Below the pieces are notes generated by a model. It made no database searches and was not told where the DNA came from. It saw nothing but the letters and a program-made list of their open reading frames with translations. Made by a program: the position numbers and the translations under genes. Below are positions 10,100 through 18,951 of a DNA stretch of 64,000 nucleotides, one piece after another. This DNA is from Parcubacteria bacterium C7867-001 (GTDB lineage: Bacteria; Patescibacteriota; Minisyncoccia; Phycocordibacterales; Phycocordibacteraceae): assembly GCA_001189095.1 (NCBI GenBank), contig LFCK01000002.1, positions 131,650 to 195,649 on the forward strand. Reading direction: 5' to 3'. Position 1 is the first letter of the stretch. The number at the start of each line of letters is the position of its first letter.

Positions 10100-10516
10100 A
10101 TGCATTTCACTATTTTTGCGGACGGGGGCTCGCGTGGGAATCCGGGGCCTGCAGGCTCAGGCGCTATTGTGCGGAACGGTGCAGGGGATGCGGTACTTAC
10201 TGTTTCTCACTATATAGGTACAACAACTAACAATGTCGCCGAATACAAGGCGGTTATTTTTGCACTCGTGGGACTCGCAGAATATCTCGGCGCAGATGCA
10301 TCGAGTGCGCAGGTCGAAGTGTTCATGGATAGCAAGCTCGTCGTTGAGCAGATGAGCGGCAACTGGAAGATAAAGCATCCGAATATGAAACCACTCGCCG
10401 CGGAGGCGATGCGTGCGATGCGGGAATTCGCTTCGGTTACGTTCGCGCACGTTCCGCGCGAGAAAAATAAAGATGCGGACGCTCTCGCGAACGAGGCAAT
10501 GGACAGAGGCGCATGA
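10100..10516 (+). CDS. rnhA: ribonuclease HI
   Basis: DGGSRGNPGPAG, TNNVAEY and DSKLVVEQ RNase H motifs. Confidence 0.9.
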   Translation: MHFTIFADGGSRGNPGPAGSGAIVRNGAGDAVLTVSHYIGTTTNNVAEYKAVIFALVGLAEYLGADASSAQVEVFMDSKLVVEQMSGNWKIKHPNMKPLAAEAMRAMREFASVTFAHVPREKNKDADALANEAMDRGA

Positions 10517-11994
10517 GCGGAACGCTTTTCATCGCAAGCATCATTGGAGTAATTGGCGGCATCTTGTGCCGCTTTTTTAGTACGCCGGTTTGGTCGCTTG
10601 CAGCACTGTTCGGTGTCTTCGGTTTCGTATTTATTGTTGCGTATGCTGTTAAGCGTCGCGAGGCGTATGCTCTTCTTGCGTGTGCAACAGTAGTAGCGGC
10701 ACTTATTCTCACGCGTCTTCTTTTCATTCCTTCCGAACTCCCATCTTCGTTTGTGTCGCTCGTCGACACGAAGGTTTCTTTTGAGGGAACCATTGTCAGC
10801 GATCCTGATATTCGCGATTCAAACCAGCATGTCGTTATCGAGGTCGAGAAGGAGGGGGAGGCAACAAAAATTCTTGCATTCGCGCCGCTTTTCCCGAAGC
10901 TTGCATACGGGGAGCGTGTTGAGGTTTCTGGAAAGCTGAAATATCCAGAACCGTTCACAACTGATGGGGGACGAACGTTTGCGTATGACGAGTATCTCGC
11001 GAAAGACGGAATATTCTCTCTCATCTCATATGCAGAAGTTACGGTACTCGAAGAGCCGGAAGGGTTCTTTACGAACGCGAGAGGATTCTTGTATTCGATA
11101 AAGCATGCGTTCGTTGACGCGCTCATGCGCGCACTCCCGCAAGCGCAGGCTGCGCTCGCGTCCGGACTTATTGCAGGAGGGAAGCAAGGGCTTGGCGATG
11201 ATCTGCTTGAAGCGTTTACCATTGCGGGACTTCTGCCAATCATCGTCTTGTCGGGGTACAACGTGATGATTGTTGCGGATTGGATTCGTAAACTCTTCGG
11301 GTTCCTCCCAAAACGATTTTCGATACTTCTCTCCGCGCTCGCGGTTGCTGCGTTCGTGCTCGCGGCGGGCGGCGGGTCGTCCGCGGTGCGTGCGGGGTTC
11401 ATGGCAGGGCTCGCGCTTTTCGCTCGCGTAACGAATCGAACCTACGTTGCACTCCGCGCGCTCGCAGCGGTATTCATCGGCATGCTTTTCCTGAACCCGC
11501 TTCTTTTGCTCAACGACCCCGGATTCCAGTTTTCATTCGTAGCAACGCTCGGTCTCATTCTGGGAACGCCAATCGTCGAGCGGCGTTTGTTGTGGATCAA
11601 AAATGAATTCTTGCGCGAAATAGCAGCGACGACCGTCGCGGCACAAATCGCGGTTTTGCCGCTGCTTCTCTATCAAACAGGCAATCTCTCACTCGTTTCG
11701 CTTCTTGCGAATGTGCTCGTGCTTCCGTTCGTTCCGCTCACGATGCTGCTTTCGTTCCTTGCGGCACTCGTCAGTTTCGTCGTACCCAACATTGCGCCTC
11801 TTGCGGGTGCGCCCGCCTTTGTTTTCCTTTCCTACATTATTGGCGTGGGAGAGATAAGCGCGTCGCTCCCGTACGCCCACCTCATCGTGTATGCCTTTCC
11901 GTTCTGGATCGTCATCGGCCTCTACCTCCTCATCGCCTATATTTTTCTTGAGCTCTGCGGCGCAAAAGTTGCAGCCGTAAAGGGTACGGGGTAG
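10513..11994 (+). CDS. comEC: ComEC/Rec2-family DNA internalisation channel (short form, no C-terminal metallo-beta-lactamase domain)
   Basis: Polytopic membrane protein with competence-domain signature; ATGA overlap with the rnhA stop. Confidence 0.7.
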   Translation: MSGTLFIASIIGVIGGILCRFFSTPVWSLAALFGVFGFVFIVAYAVKRREAYALLACATVVAALILTRLLFIPSELPSSFVSLVDTKVSFEGTIVSDPDIRDSNQHVVIEVEKEGEATKILAFAPLFPKLAYGERVEVSGKLKYPEPFTTDGGRTFAYDEYLAKDGIFSLISYAEVTVLEEPEGFFTNARGFLYSIKHAFVDALMRALPQAQAALASGLIAGGKQGLGDDLLEAFTIAGLLPIIVLSGYNVMIVADWIRKLFGFLPKRFSILLSALAVAAFVLAAGGGSSAVRAGFMAGLALFARVTNRTYVALRALAAVFIGMLFLNPLLLLNDPGFQFSFVATLGLILGTPIVERRLLWIKNEFLREIAATTVAAQIAVLPLLLYQTGNLSLVSLLANVLVLPFVPLTMLLSFLAALVSFVVPNIAPLAGAPAFVFLSYIIGVGEISASLPYAHLIVYAFPFWIVIGLYLLIAYIFLELCGAKVAAVKGTG

Positions 11995-12021
11995 GGTGCA
12001 AAAAGAGAAAAGGAGAGTGAC

Positions 12022-12285
12022 ATGAGTGATGAACTGGCTATTACCCTAGCGATCAAGCTTCCGATCCTGCAGGACAAAATCTACCTCGAAGATTTGCCGG
12101 AGGTTTCGGCGACCAACTTCAAGTCGGTTCCGGCCGGCATCGAGCAGCTTAAACGGAAGCTCGAAGGTTACTGCAAGACGTTCGGCAACGAACCGGTGCG
12201 TGTCGCAATTGCCTACGATGGAAAGGCGGCGCCGACGATGGTCATTTTCGCGCCCGAAAACTTCAAGTTCATCGGAGGCGCATGA
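12022..12285 (+). CDS. hypothetical protein (87 aa)
   Basis: Strong SD AAAGGAGAG; followed by a hairpin terminator. Confidence 0.5.
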   Translation: MSDELAITLAIKLPILQDKIYLEDLPEVSATNFKSVPAGIEQLKRKLEGYCKTFGNEPVRVAIAYDGKAAPTMVIFAPENFKFIGGA

Positions 12286-12324
12286 AAAAGCCCAGCGACC
12301 ATTGGTCGCTGGGCTTTCGTTTTG
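12286..12324. terminator. bidirectional terminator (AGCCCAGCGACC-ATTG-GTCGCTGGGCT TTCGTTTT)
   Basis: Perfect 12-bp stem between convergent genes. Confidence 0.6.
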
Positions 12325-12927
12325 CTAAAGCGCTTTCGCGAGTCTCGCTTCCACCGTCGACCAGTTTACGTTCGAGAGGAACGCATCAACGTAGGTCATT
12401 TTTTCTTTTGGCACATAGTCCACCATATACGCGTGTTCCCAGAGGTCGACGGCGAGAATGATGGGAAGTCCTGCAAGCTGACCAATCTCGTGATCGTTTA
12501 CGAATGAGGTGTGGAGCGTCTTTCCGACAGGATCGTAATACGTGACGACCCAACCGATTCCGCGCGTGCCAGCGACATCCTTTATATGCTTTATATATCC
12601 ATCCCGGTTGCCGTACTTTTCCTTTGCGCACGCGGCAAGCGAAGCGGCAGGGTCCGCTTCCTTCGACCCGCCCTCGAATTGTTCGAAGTAGTACTCATGC
12701 ATCCGCATGCCGTCGAACTCGAAGCCAAGCCGGCGACGCAATTCCGCAATGGCGAGCTTGTCGCCTTCACTCGCCTTGTCTCCGTATCCGGCGTAGCTCT
12801 TGAGTGTTTCCGTGATGAGATTTACGTGCTTAACGTACCCCTCGTAGAGCGCGAGGTGCACCTCTATTTGCTTCTTCGAGAGGCCTTTTAATTCGGGGAG
12901 GTCGAACGTTCGTGCGGTGTAGGTCAT
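12325..12927 (-). CDS. sodA: Fe/Mn-family superoxide dismutase
   Basis: DLWEHAYM metal-binding signature and conserved His residues; Fe versus Mn type cannot be decided from sequence. Confidence 0.88.
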   Translation of the reverse strand: MTYTARTFDLPELKGLSKKQIEVHLALYEGYVKHVNLITETLKSYAGYGDKASEGDKLAIAELRRRLGFEFDGMRMHEYYFEQFEGGSKEADPAASLAACAKEKYGNRDGYIKHIKDVAGTRGIGWVVTYYDPVGKTLHTSFVNDHEIGQLAGLPIILAVDLWEHAYMVDYVPKEKMTYVDAFLSNVNWSTVEARLAKAL

Positions 12928-13004
12928 AGAGGAATTATATACGGTACTCGTGAGGGCGGTATGAGGGTTTTGTAAGGTGGCATAGGTGGGATACCATATC
13001 CTTC

Positions 13005-14021
13005 ATGGACAACAGGATAAGTAACTGGCCGCCCTCCTCGAGCGGCTCAAAAGACCCCAAGCAAACTTCAGACGCAGAGCTTCTAACGCCGGACGAAATA
13101 GAAACGGAGCTCGAAAATATGGATCCGGAGCTGCGACTCTCATTTCGCCGTATCCCCAAAGAACTCTGGCCGCGACATTTCAATGCAATAGAAAATCTGA
13201 AAAATGATTCGGATGTCGATCCCGCACTTGTTGGTGAGCGTCAAAAAAATTATATGGCGGTCATCATCGAAGCTCGTGAGAAAGCAGTGGTTGAATTCCA
13301 TGTCTCGGATAAGGGGTTACAGGAACAGTGGCCTGAAGCTCCAGAGCAGCTGGGCTCAAAACTCCGCGAAGCGTTCGCTCTATCCGGTAATCTTCTCGGT
13401 GCAGGCCGAACTGCGCGAGTGAAGAGTGTGAAGTTCGACGGTATCGATAAGCCTATTGCGGTCAAATATCTTCTTACTCCAACTGAGAAGACACTCTCGG
13501 TAGACGGTGAGCATGACATGCTGAAAGAGGTGGAAACTATTACAAAGATAGAGGAGGCGGAAAATCGCTCAGGCGCAGGCATGCATGTCCGTGTTCCGCA
13601 TCCGTACTTCTACTTCAAGGATCGCAAACTCCAGACGTACGGCATGTCGGAAGTGAATGGTGTTGATATCGAAAACCTCCTTAAAGGAACAAACTCGCGC
13701 ATAGGACTCCAAGACACGGTCATGAACGCTCTTCGGAAGCGCTTCGAAACGCCACAATCGAGAGAGGAACTCTGGAAAGAGGTCGATACGTTTGTAAACG
13801 CTATGCATGAAGTATGTCTCCACGGAGACGTGAAGGATAAGAACATCATGGTCGACGACGAAGGCCGCTTCTTCCTCATTGATTTCGGTCAGTCGGTGCC
13901 AGTAAGTTCGATGACTGAGGAAACGCGAGCACAATTTGACGAATTGAAAGACGAGGAACGAAAGGCGATGCAGAATCGTATTCGAAATCTCGTGCAGGTT
14001 GCGGTTGCGGCTAAAGCATAA
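13005..14021 (+). CDS. atypical protein-kinase-like fold protein (Bud32/RIO/APH-like)
   Basis: Gly-rich loop GAGRTARV, beta3 Lys (IAVKY), catalytic loop LHGDVKDKNIMV and IDFGQS motif; start codon uncertain. Confidence 0.6.
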   Translation: MDNRISNWPPSSSGSKDPKQTSDAELLTPDEIETELENMDPELRLSFRRIPKELWPRHFNAIENLKNDSDVDPALVGERQKNYMAVIIEAREKAVVEFHVSDKGLQEQWPEAPEQLGSKLREAFALSGNLLGAGRTARVKSVKFDGIDKPIAVKYLLTPTEKTLSVDGEHDMLKEVETITKIEEAENRSGAGMHVRVPHPYFYFKDRKLQTYGMSEVNGVDIENLLKGTNSRIGLQDTVMNALRKRFETPQSREELWKEVDTFVNAMHEVCLHGDVKDKNIMVDDEGRFFLIDFGQSVPVSSMTEETRAQFDELKDEERKAMQNRIRNLVQVAVAAKA

Positions 14022-14029
14022 CCGTACGT

Positions 14030-14060
14030 AAAAGGGTGCCGGCAAGGCCGGCACCCGTAG
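14030..14060. terminator. bidirectional terminator (GGGTGCCGGC-AAGG-CCGGCACCC)
   Basis: GC hairpin between convergent genes. Confidence 0.55.
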
Positions 14061-14061
14061 C

Positions 14062-14697
14062 TTATTTCTTAGACGTTCTCGGTTTGTACGCGCTCGCGAG
14101 CGCGATAGCGTGCTCGAGTTCTTGGATGAGGATGCACTCCTGTTCCGCGTACGGAAGGTAGTAGCGCACCGTCTCCTCTATTTTCGCGCGACGCTTGTCT
14201 TCGGGTCGCCCATCGAGCGTCAGCAGATTGTGCAGACGGTCGGCGAGCTTGATGAACCAGAATTCGCGCGGCGCAAACCGGAAGCGCTCATGGTAGATAC
14301 GTTCCCGTTCGTGCTTGGTCCCGAAGGTTTCGTCCGGCATCGAGAGATACTCGAGCAGAAGCGCCACTTCGCGCCCGTATTCGCTCGAGATGCGTTCGAT
14401 GGTCCACTCCTTCTTATCTTCGACGCTGTCATGCATGAGAGCGGCGACGATGAGGTGATGGTCCTTCACACGCAGATACTCGATGAGGATGAGCGCGACG
14501 GCCCGCAAGTGCTCGAAATAGCGTTCGCCGCCGTCTCGAAACGTTTCGCGGAACGCGTCCTTCGCATCGTTATACGCCTTTTCGATCTCGCGGTAGCGAG
14601 GATCGTGGGGCGGCAAGAACTGCGCGATGCGCCGGAAGAACGTCTCTCGGTTCTGAGCCTCTTTCAAAAAGGGCATGTTGAGGGTGTGCCTAAGCAT
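14062..14697 (-). CDS. stand-alone HD-domain (p)ppGpp hydrolase (RelA/SpoT hydrolase-domain homologue, SAH/Mesh1-like)
   Basis: HLRAVALIL...LHDSVED and KLADRLHNL match the SpoT HD hydrolase signatures; no synthetase domain. Confidence 0.7.
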   Translation of the reverse strand: MLRHTLNMPFLKEAQNRETFFRRIAQFLPPHDPRYREIEKAYNDAKDAFRETFRDGGERYFEHLRAVALILIEYLRVKDHHLIVAALMHDSVEDKKEWTIERISSEYGREVALLLEYLSMPDETFGTKHERERIYHERFRFAPREFWFIKLADRLHNLLTLDGRPEDKRRAKIEETVRYYLPYAEQECILIQELEHAIALASAYKPRTSKK

Positions 14698-14747
14698 TGA
14701 GCCACCTTCCTTTCTGTCTTTCCTTTTCTACAAAAATAGGGGAGTGT

Positions 14748-14786
14748 CAAAAAACCACCGCCCCCAAGGGGGCGGTGGTTTTTCGG
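14748..14786 (-). terminator. intrinsic terminator downstream of rpmB (CCACCGCCCCC-AA-GGGGGCGGTGG TTTTT)
   Basis: Perfect 11-bp stem plus T-run. Confidence 0.6.
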
Positions 14787-14789
14787 GTC

Positions 14790-15035
14790 TTATTTGATGA
14801 CTCCTGCTTTCTTAAGGGTGGCGAAAGCGCCGTTCTTCTTGATGTGGCGGAGGCCTTTCACCGAGATGTCGACGAGGACCGACTTACCGAGCTCCGCAAT
14901 GAAAATGCGGCGCTTCTGGAGGTTTGCCTTGCGGCGTACTTTGCCGGTCGGATTGAACTGCGTTGCACGGGTACGGTTAGAATACCGCCCGCCAATCTGC
15001 GTGCTCTTTCCGGTGATTTCACATTCGCGTGCCAT
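14790..15035 (-). CDS. rpmB: 50S ribosomal protein L28
   Basis: MARECEITGK... with the basic KRR...NLQK pattern typical of bL28; start at the second Met of the ORF. Confidence 0.75.
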   Translation of the reverse strand: MARECEITGKSTQIGGRYSNRTRATQFNPTGKVRRKANLQKRRIFIAELGKSVLVDISVKGLRHIKKNGAFATLKKAGVIK

Positions 15036-15121
15036 AGTGGGAGGACTATAGCACGGGGGGTTTGTGTCTGGCAATTAGGGGAACCGAGTGTTACAAAGCT
15101 CTCAGAAACAAGGAGAATCTC

Positions 15122-15370
15122 ATGATTCATACAATGGTGAGTAGCGAGTCCGACCCTACGGAAAGATTCCCCAGTGTCATTCCGGTCGAGGTACTGATTC
15201 CGATGCTTCTGCTCCTCTACATCCTTGCCGATGTGGCGTGGAGGCCGTCTGTTGTGTATGCGGCGTCTCTCTTCGGAAAGACGATCACTCCTCTAGAGGC
15301 GAGCAACGGCGTTTCTGCGTTCCTGCTCCCCGTATTGCTCGCCATCGTCTTCCGATGGGTTAAAAAATGA
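15122..15370 (+). CDS. small integral membrane protein (82 aa)
   Basis: SD AAGGAG 7 nt upstream of ATG; two predicted TM helices. Confidence 0.45.
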   Translation: MIHTMVSSESDPTERFPSVIPVEVLIPMLLLLYILADVAWRPSVVYAASLFGKTITPLEASNGVSAFLLPVLLAIVFRWVKK

Positions 15371-15409
15371 ATTTCTGGCCGCCGCGCTCTGCGCGGCGGT
15401 TTTGCTATA

Positions 15410-16063
15410 ATGGACTTCATCATGTTGAGCGATCTCGAAATCAGTATCTTCTCCATCGTTGTTCTTATCTTCTCCATCATCATCCACGAGGTGGCCCACG
15501 GCTACGCCGCGTATGCGCTTGGAGATCCAACTGCCAAGCTCTCCGGCAGGCTCACCATGAACCCGCTTCCGCACATCGACCCCATTGGCTCGGTGCTTCT
15601 TCCGGCGTTCTTCGTGCTTTCGCACTCCTCGATTCTCTTCGGTTGGGCAAAGCCGGTTCCGTACAATCCCTACAATCTGAAGAACCAGCGTTGGGGTGAA
15701 GCCATTGTGGGCGCTGCGGGTGTCGCAACGAACTTCGTTCTCGCTATAGTTTTTGTACTCATCGCGCGCTTCGCGTTCGGTATAGGAGAAAGTTTGTTTG
15801 GTCAGCTCGCTGCTATTGTCGCACTCACCAATCTTTTCCTTGGCGCGTTCAACCTCATTCCGTTCCCGCCGCTCGATGGCTACACCGTGCTTCGCGGCGT
15901 TCTCCCGTATCGCTATGCGCAGAGTTTCAGGAATTTCGAAGAGCGATTGAGCAGCGCTGGTATCTTCGGTCTTATCGCCTTTCTGTTTATCTTCTCGTAC
16001 ATACTCGCAGGACCCTTCTACAATTTCGTTTTCTGGGTGTTCTCGCTCATGCTCGGGCAGTAG
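15410..16063 (+). CDS. site-2 protease family zinc metalloprotease (peptidase M50)
   Basis: HEVAHG (HExxH) in a TM helix and NLIPFPPLDG motif. Confidence 0.85.
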   Translation: MDFIMLSDLEISIFSIVVLIFSIIIHEVAHGYAAYALGDPTAKLSGRLTMNPLPHIDPIGSVLLPAFFVLSHSSILFGWAKPVPYNPYNLKNQRWGEAIVGAAGVATNFVLAIVFVLIARFAFGIGESLFGQLAAIVALTNLFLGAFNLIPFPPLDGYTVLRGVLPYRYAQSFRNFEERLSSAGIFGLIAFLFIFSYILAGPFYNFVFWVFSLMLGQ

Positions 16064-16066
16064 TCT

Positions 16067-16693
16067 ATGGTGCAGATGAAAGAAATAACTGCTGCGGTCG
16101 TCGAGAAGACGGTCGAGCTTGGCCGCATGCTCTTGAATTTCGGTCTCGTAAAGCGCGTCACGCAGCACGAGGACGGCGTGACGTATGAAAGCGATTCCAC
16201 CCACACCGTGATGCTCGGTGTGATGGCCTGCGCCTTTGCGAAGGAGTACGTGCCGGACCTCGATCTCGGAAAAGTCGCGCAATTCGCGCTCGTGCACGAT
16301 CTCGTCGAAGTTTACGCAGGGGACACGAATACATTTGGAAAAATTGAGCACAACCCGGACAAAGAAGAACGCGAGCGCGAAGCGCTCGCGCGTATTAAAA
16401 CAGAGTTCGATAGCGTCTATCCGTGGCTCGGAGACACGATCACCGAATACGAACAGCTCGCATCTCGCGAAGCGCGCTACATAAAGGTGTTCGACAAAAT
16501 CCTTCCAAAAGTCACCCATCTTTTAAACGCCGGAAGTGCGGTGCGAGCACAGGGTCAGACCAAAGAAATGGCATCAGCTTTCATCGGGGCGCAGATAGAA
16601 AAACTCGCTCATTCCTACGCAACAGACCAGTCCGAAGCCATGACGCTCCTCAAGGAAATGCATGCTGAGTTCGAACGCAAGGTGTTTCCCTAG
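16067..16693 (+). CDS. HD-domain hydrolase, YfbR-like 5'-deoxynucleotidase family
   Basis: H...HD...E...GD motif arrangement (SDSTHTVMLG, LVHDLVEVYAGD). Confidence 0.7.
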   Translation: MVQMKEITAAVVEKTVELGRMLLNFGLVKRVTQHEDGVTYESDSTHTVMLGVMACAFAKEYVPDLDLGKVAQFALVHDLVEVYAGDTNTFGKIEHNPDKEEREREALARIKTEFDSVYPWLGDTITEYEQLASREARYIKVFDKILPKVTHLLNAGSAVRAQGQTKEMASAFIGAQIEKLAHSYATDQSEAMTLLKEMHAEFERKVFP

Positions 16694-16708
16694 GGAAAGG
16701 GTAGGGTA

Positions 16709-16737
16709 TTGACTTTTATACATATATATGGTATAGT
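16709..16737 (+). promoter_or_regulatory. near-consensus sigma70 promoter: TTGACT-17 nt-TATAGT
   Basis: Read directly from the sequence; lies about 45 nt upstream of the SD and TTG start of the next gene. Confidence 0.6.
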
Positions 16738-16784
16738 GGCACTTGGGTCCGCGCATTCGCGCGTTGTTCCCCAAGGAGAGTAAT

Positions 16785-17186
16785 TTGAAACAAGGTCTCT
16801 TCTCCGCAGTTGTTCTCTCGACGCTCATTCTTGCTGGCACGGCGCACGCCGGCCCCCGCTTCGGCGGCGGCGGTTTCCGTTCGGGCGGCTATCACTACAC
16901 CGCCCCGCGCCCCGCGCCCAAGCCCGCCGTCGCGCCGAAGCCGGCTCCCAAGGCTGCTCCGGTTGCGAAGACGACGACGAGCAAGCCTGGCGCGCCTTCG
17001 CGCTACGGTCGCAAGTTCGCCTACGGCGGTCAGGACTATCAGTCGGTGTTCAGCAACAACACCCTGCTGTGGATCTGGATCCTGAGCGCGAACGGCTCGC
17101 ACTCGTCGAAGATCGACTGCACCCACCCCGAACGCCTCACGGCTCGTGAGAAGGAAGCTTGTCGCCGCGCGGTGGCAAGTTACTAA
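16785..17186 (+). CDS. secreted Pro/Ala-rich protein (signal peptide ...LAGTAHA|G, AP-KP repeats, two C-terminal Cys); TTG start inferred
   Basis: SD AAGGAGAG then TTG; the ATG at 16743 would precede the predicted transcription start; GC-rich codon usage. Confidence 0.5.
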   Translation: MKQGLFSAVVLSTLILAGTAHAGPRFGGGGFRSGGYHYTAPRPAPKPAVAPKPAPKAAPVAKTTTSKPGAPSRYGRKFAYGGQDYQSVFSNNTLLWIWILSANGSHSSKIDCTHPERLTAREKEACRRAVASY

Positions 17187-17214
17187 CGTTCGGGCTCTAG
17201 TCGGGTAACCGACT

Positions 17215-17262
17215 AACCCCCGCCCTGCGCGTATGAAAGCGTGCAGGGCGGATTGTTTTATA
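17215..17262 (+). terminator. intrinsic terminator (CCGCCCTGCGCG-loop-CGTGCAGGGCGG ATTGTTTTA)
   Basis: 12-bp GC stem plus T-rich tail. Confidence 0.55.
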
Positions 17263-17279
17263 CAAAGGAATCAATAATC

Positions 17280-17308
17280 TTGACACTTGTATTTTAGTGT
17301 GCATAAAT
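17280..17308 (+). promoter_or_regulatory. sigma70-like promoter: TTGACA-17 nt-ATAAAT
   Basis: Consensus -35 and a good -10 upstream of the LemA gene. Confidence 0.55.
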
Positions 17309-17342
17309 ACCAAAAGGACTGGGGCATGGTGCCCCGTGTTCC

Positions 17343-17966
17343 TTGGAGAACATACCAATGAAGAACATCGGTTTGTGGATTGTGCTGGGCGTCGTGGCCA
17401 TCTTTGGTCTCGGCAGCTGCAGCGCCTACAACGGTTTCGTCAACAAGAGCACGGCGATCGACAAAGCCGTCGCGGACGTCCAAGTCGACGTGCAGCGGCA
17501 GGCGAACCTGATCCCGAGCCTCGTGAAGGTTGCGAAGGGCTACTCTGACTTCGAACGCGAAACGTTCAAAGAGGTCACGATGGCTCGCGCCGCCGCTTCG
17601 GCGCCGGTGATCAACGTCGATCCGTCGAAGATCGCCAACGATCCGAAGCTGCAGGAGCAGCTCTTCGCTGCACAGCAGCAGATGTCCGGCTCGCTCGGGC
17701 GCCTGTTGGTGACGATGGAGAAGTATCCCGACTTGAAGTCGATTGCTCTCTATCAGCAAGTCAGCGACGAAATGGCCGGCAGCCAGAACCGCATCTCGCA
17801 TTCGCGCAAGGTGTGGAACGCGGTGACGGCCGACTACAACGCGTCCATCAAACGCATTCCGGGCAGCTTCATCGCCAGCATCGGCGGCTTCAAGCACAAG
17901 GACTTCTACACCGCGACGGTGCAGGGTCCGGCCGCTGAAATGCCGGAGATTTCCTTCGAAAAATAA
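17343..17966 (+). CDS. LemA family protein (N-terminal TM anchor); start may be the 17358 Met
   Basis: Single N-terminal TM helix and LemA-like alpha-helical body; conserved pairing with the downstream TPM-domain gene. Confidence 0.8.
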   Translation: MENIPMKNIGLWIVLGVVAIFGLGSCSAYNGFVNKSTAIDKAVADVQVDVQRQANLIPSLVKVAKGYSDFERETFKEVTMARAAASAPVINVDPSKIANDPKLQEQLFAAQQQMSGSLGRLLVTMEKYPDLKSIALYQQVSDEMAGSQNRISHSRKVWNAVTADYNASIKRIPGSFIASIGGFKHKDFYTATVQGPAAEMPEISFEK

Positions 17967-17978
17967 CCAAGGAGATCT

Positions 17979-18899
17979 TTGATGAGAAAGATACTCGCCG
18001 CGATTGCGGCGGCGGGCGCGCTTTTTAGCGCGACCGCCGTTGCGGCGCCGACGTTCCCCGCGCAAACGGGGTATCTCGTTGACGAGCTCAAGCTCGTTCC
18101 CGCTGCGGACCGACCTGCCCTCGAAGCTAAAATGAAAGCTGCCGAGGAACAGTTGCCGGAACACCCGCAGTTCAGGATTGTTACCGTAACGGAAAAGCAG
18201 CTCGACGGGCTCAACCCCGCTGAGTATGCGACCGAGCTCGGGAACAAGTGGAAAGTTGGCCAGAAGGGCGTCGACAACGGCGTCGTTATTCTGGTCTCAC
18301 CGAAACCGAACAATCGTTTCAACATCTTCATCGCGCCGGCGGGCGGTATCCAAGGCATCTTGAACGATGCCAAGGTCGCCCGCATCACGCGCGAAAGCAT
18401 GGCGCCGCACCTTAAGCCGGGAGACCGGCACTGGGCAGCGGCGTTCAATGCGGGCATCGACGCCCTTCGAAAAGAAATTGAGAAGGGCGCGGCGCCGGAA
18501 GACGCGAAGATGAAGGAAGGGCCTCCACCGATTCCGCAGTCAGCCCTCTGGGCTCTCGGCATCGGTGCGCTCATCACGTTCATCTTCTGTTTCTTCACCG
18601 TGACGGGCGCGAGCCTTTCCGGTGGTGCAACAGGTGGTGTGTCGGCGTTTCTCCTCGGCGTATCGTCGATTGAAGCGCTCGCCATTCCGGCCGGCATTGG
18701 TTTCGTCATTGCTCTCGTTGTCGCTGCGATATTCAAAGCGATACGCGACGGCGGTGGCGCTGGTGAGTTCCTTGATATCGTCTCCTCGACAGGAGGTGGC
18801 TTCCTCGGTGGTGGTTCATCATCCGACAGTGGAGGCGGCTTCTCTGGCAGCGGAGGTGGTGGAGGGTTCGATGGCGGCGGCGGAGGTTCCGACGTCTGA
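17979..18899 (+). CDS. TPM-domain (YgcG-like) protein with C-terminal TM segment and Gly-rich tail
   Basis: Signal peptide, TPM/Psb32-like domain, TM helices and GGGFxGGG repeats; classic LemA partner. Confidence 0.75.
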   Translation: MMRKILAAIAAAGALFSATAVAAPTFPAQTGYLVDELKLVPAADRPALEAKMKAAEEQLPEHPQFRIVTVTEKQLDGLNPAEYATELGNKWKVGQKGVDNGVVILVSPKPNNRFNIFIAPAGGIQGILNDAKVARITRESMAPHLKPGDRHWAAAFNAGIDALRKEIEKGAAPEDAKMKEGPPPIPQSALWALGIGALITFIFCFFTVTGASLSGGATGGVSAFLLGVSSIEALAIPAGIGFVIALVVAAIFKAIRDGGGAGEFLDIVSSTGGGFLGGGSSSDSGGGFSGSGGGGGFDGGGGGSDV

Positions 18900-18918
18900 T
18901 CCATCGACACAAAGTGTG

Positions 18919-18950
18919 CTAAGGCCCGGGATATTACCCGGGCCTTTTCA
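18919..18950 (+). terminator. intrinsic terminator (AAGGCCCGGG-ATATTA-CCCGGGCCTT TTCATTT)
   Basis: Perfect 10-bp stem. Confidence 0.55.
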
Positions 18951-18951
18951 T

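Noticed and set aside
10437-11402. 321-aa minus-strand ORF
   Set aside because: Antisense to comEC; Ser/Ala/Pro-rich, no SD.
13569-14054. 161-aa minus-strand ORF
   Set aside because: Antisense to the kinase-like gene, whose catalytic motifs support the plus-strand frame.
15293-16519. 408-aa minus-strand ORF
   Set aside because: Lies antisense across the well-supported M50 protease and HD hydrolase genes; Arg/Glu-rich composition typical of GC-rich antisense frames; no SD.
17906-18910. 334-aa minus-strand Pro/Ser-rich ORF
   Set aside because: Antisense to the TPM-domain gene in a GC-rich segment; repeat-like PPPP/SS runs mirror the sense-strand Gly-rich codons.
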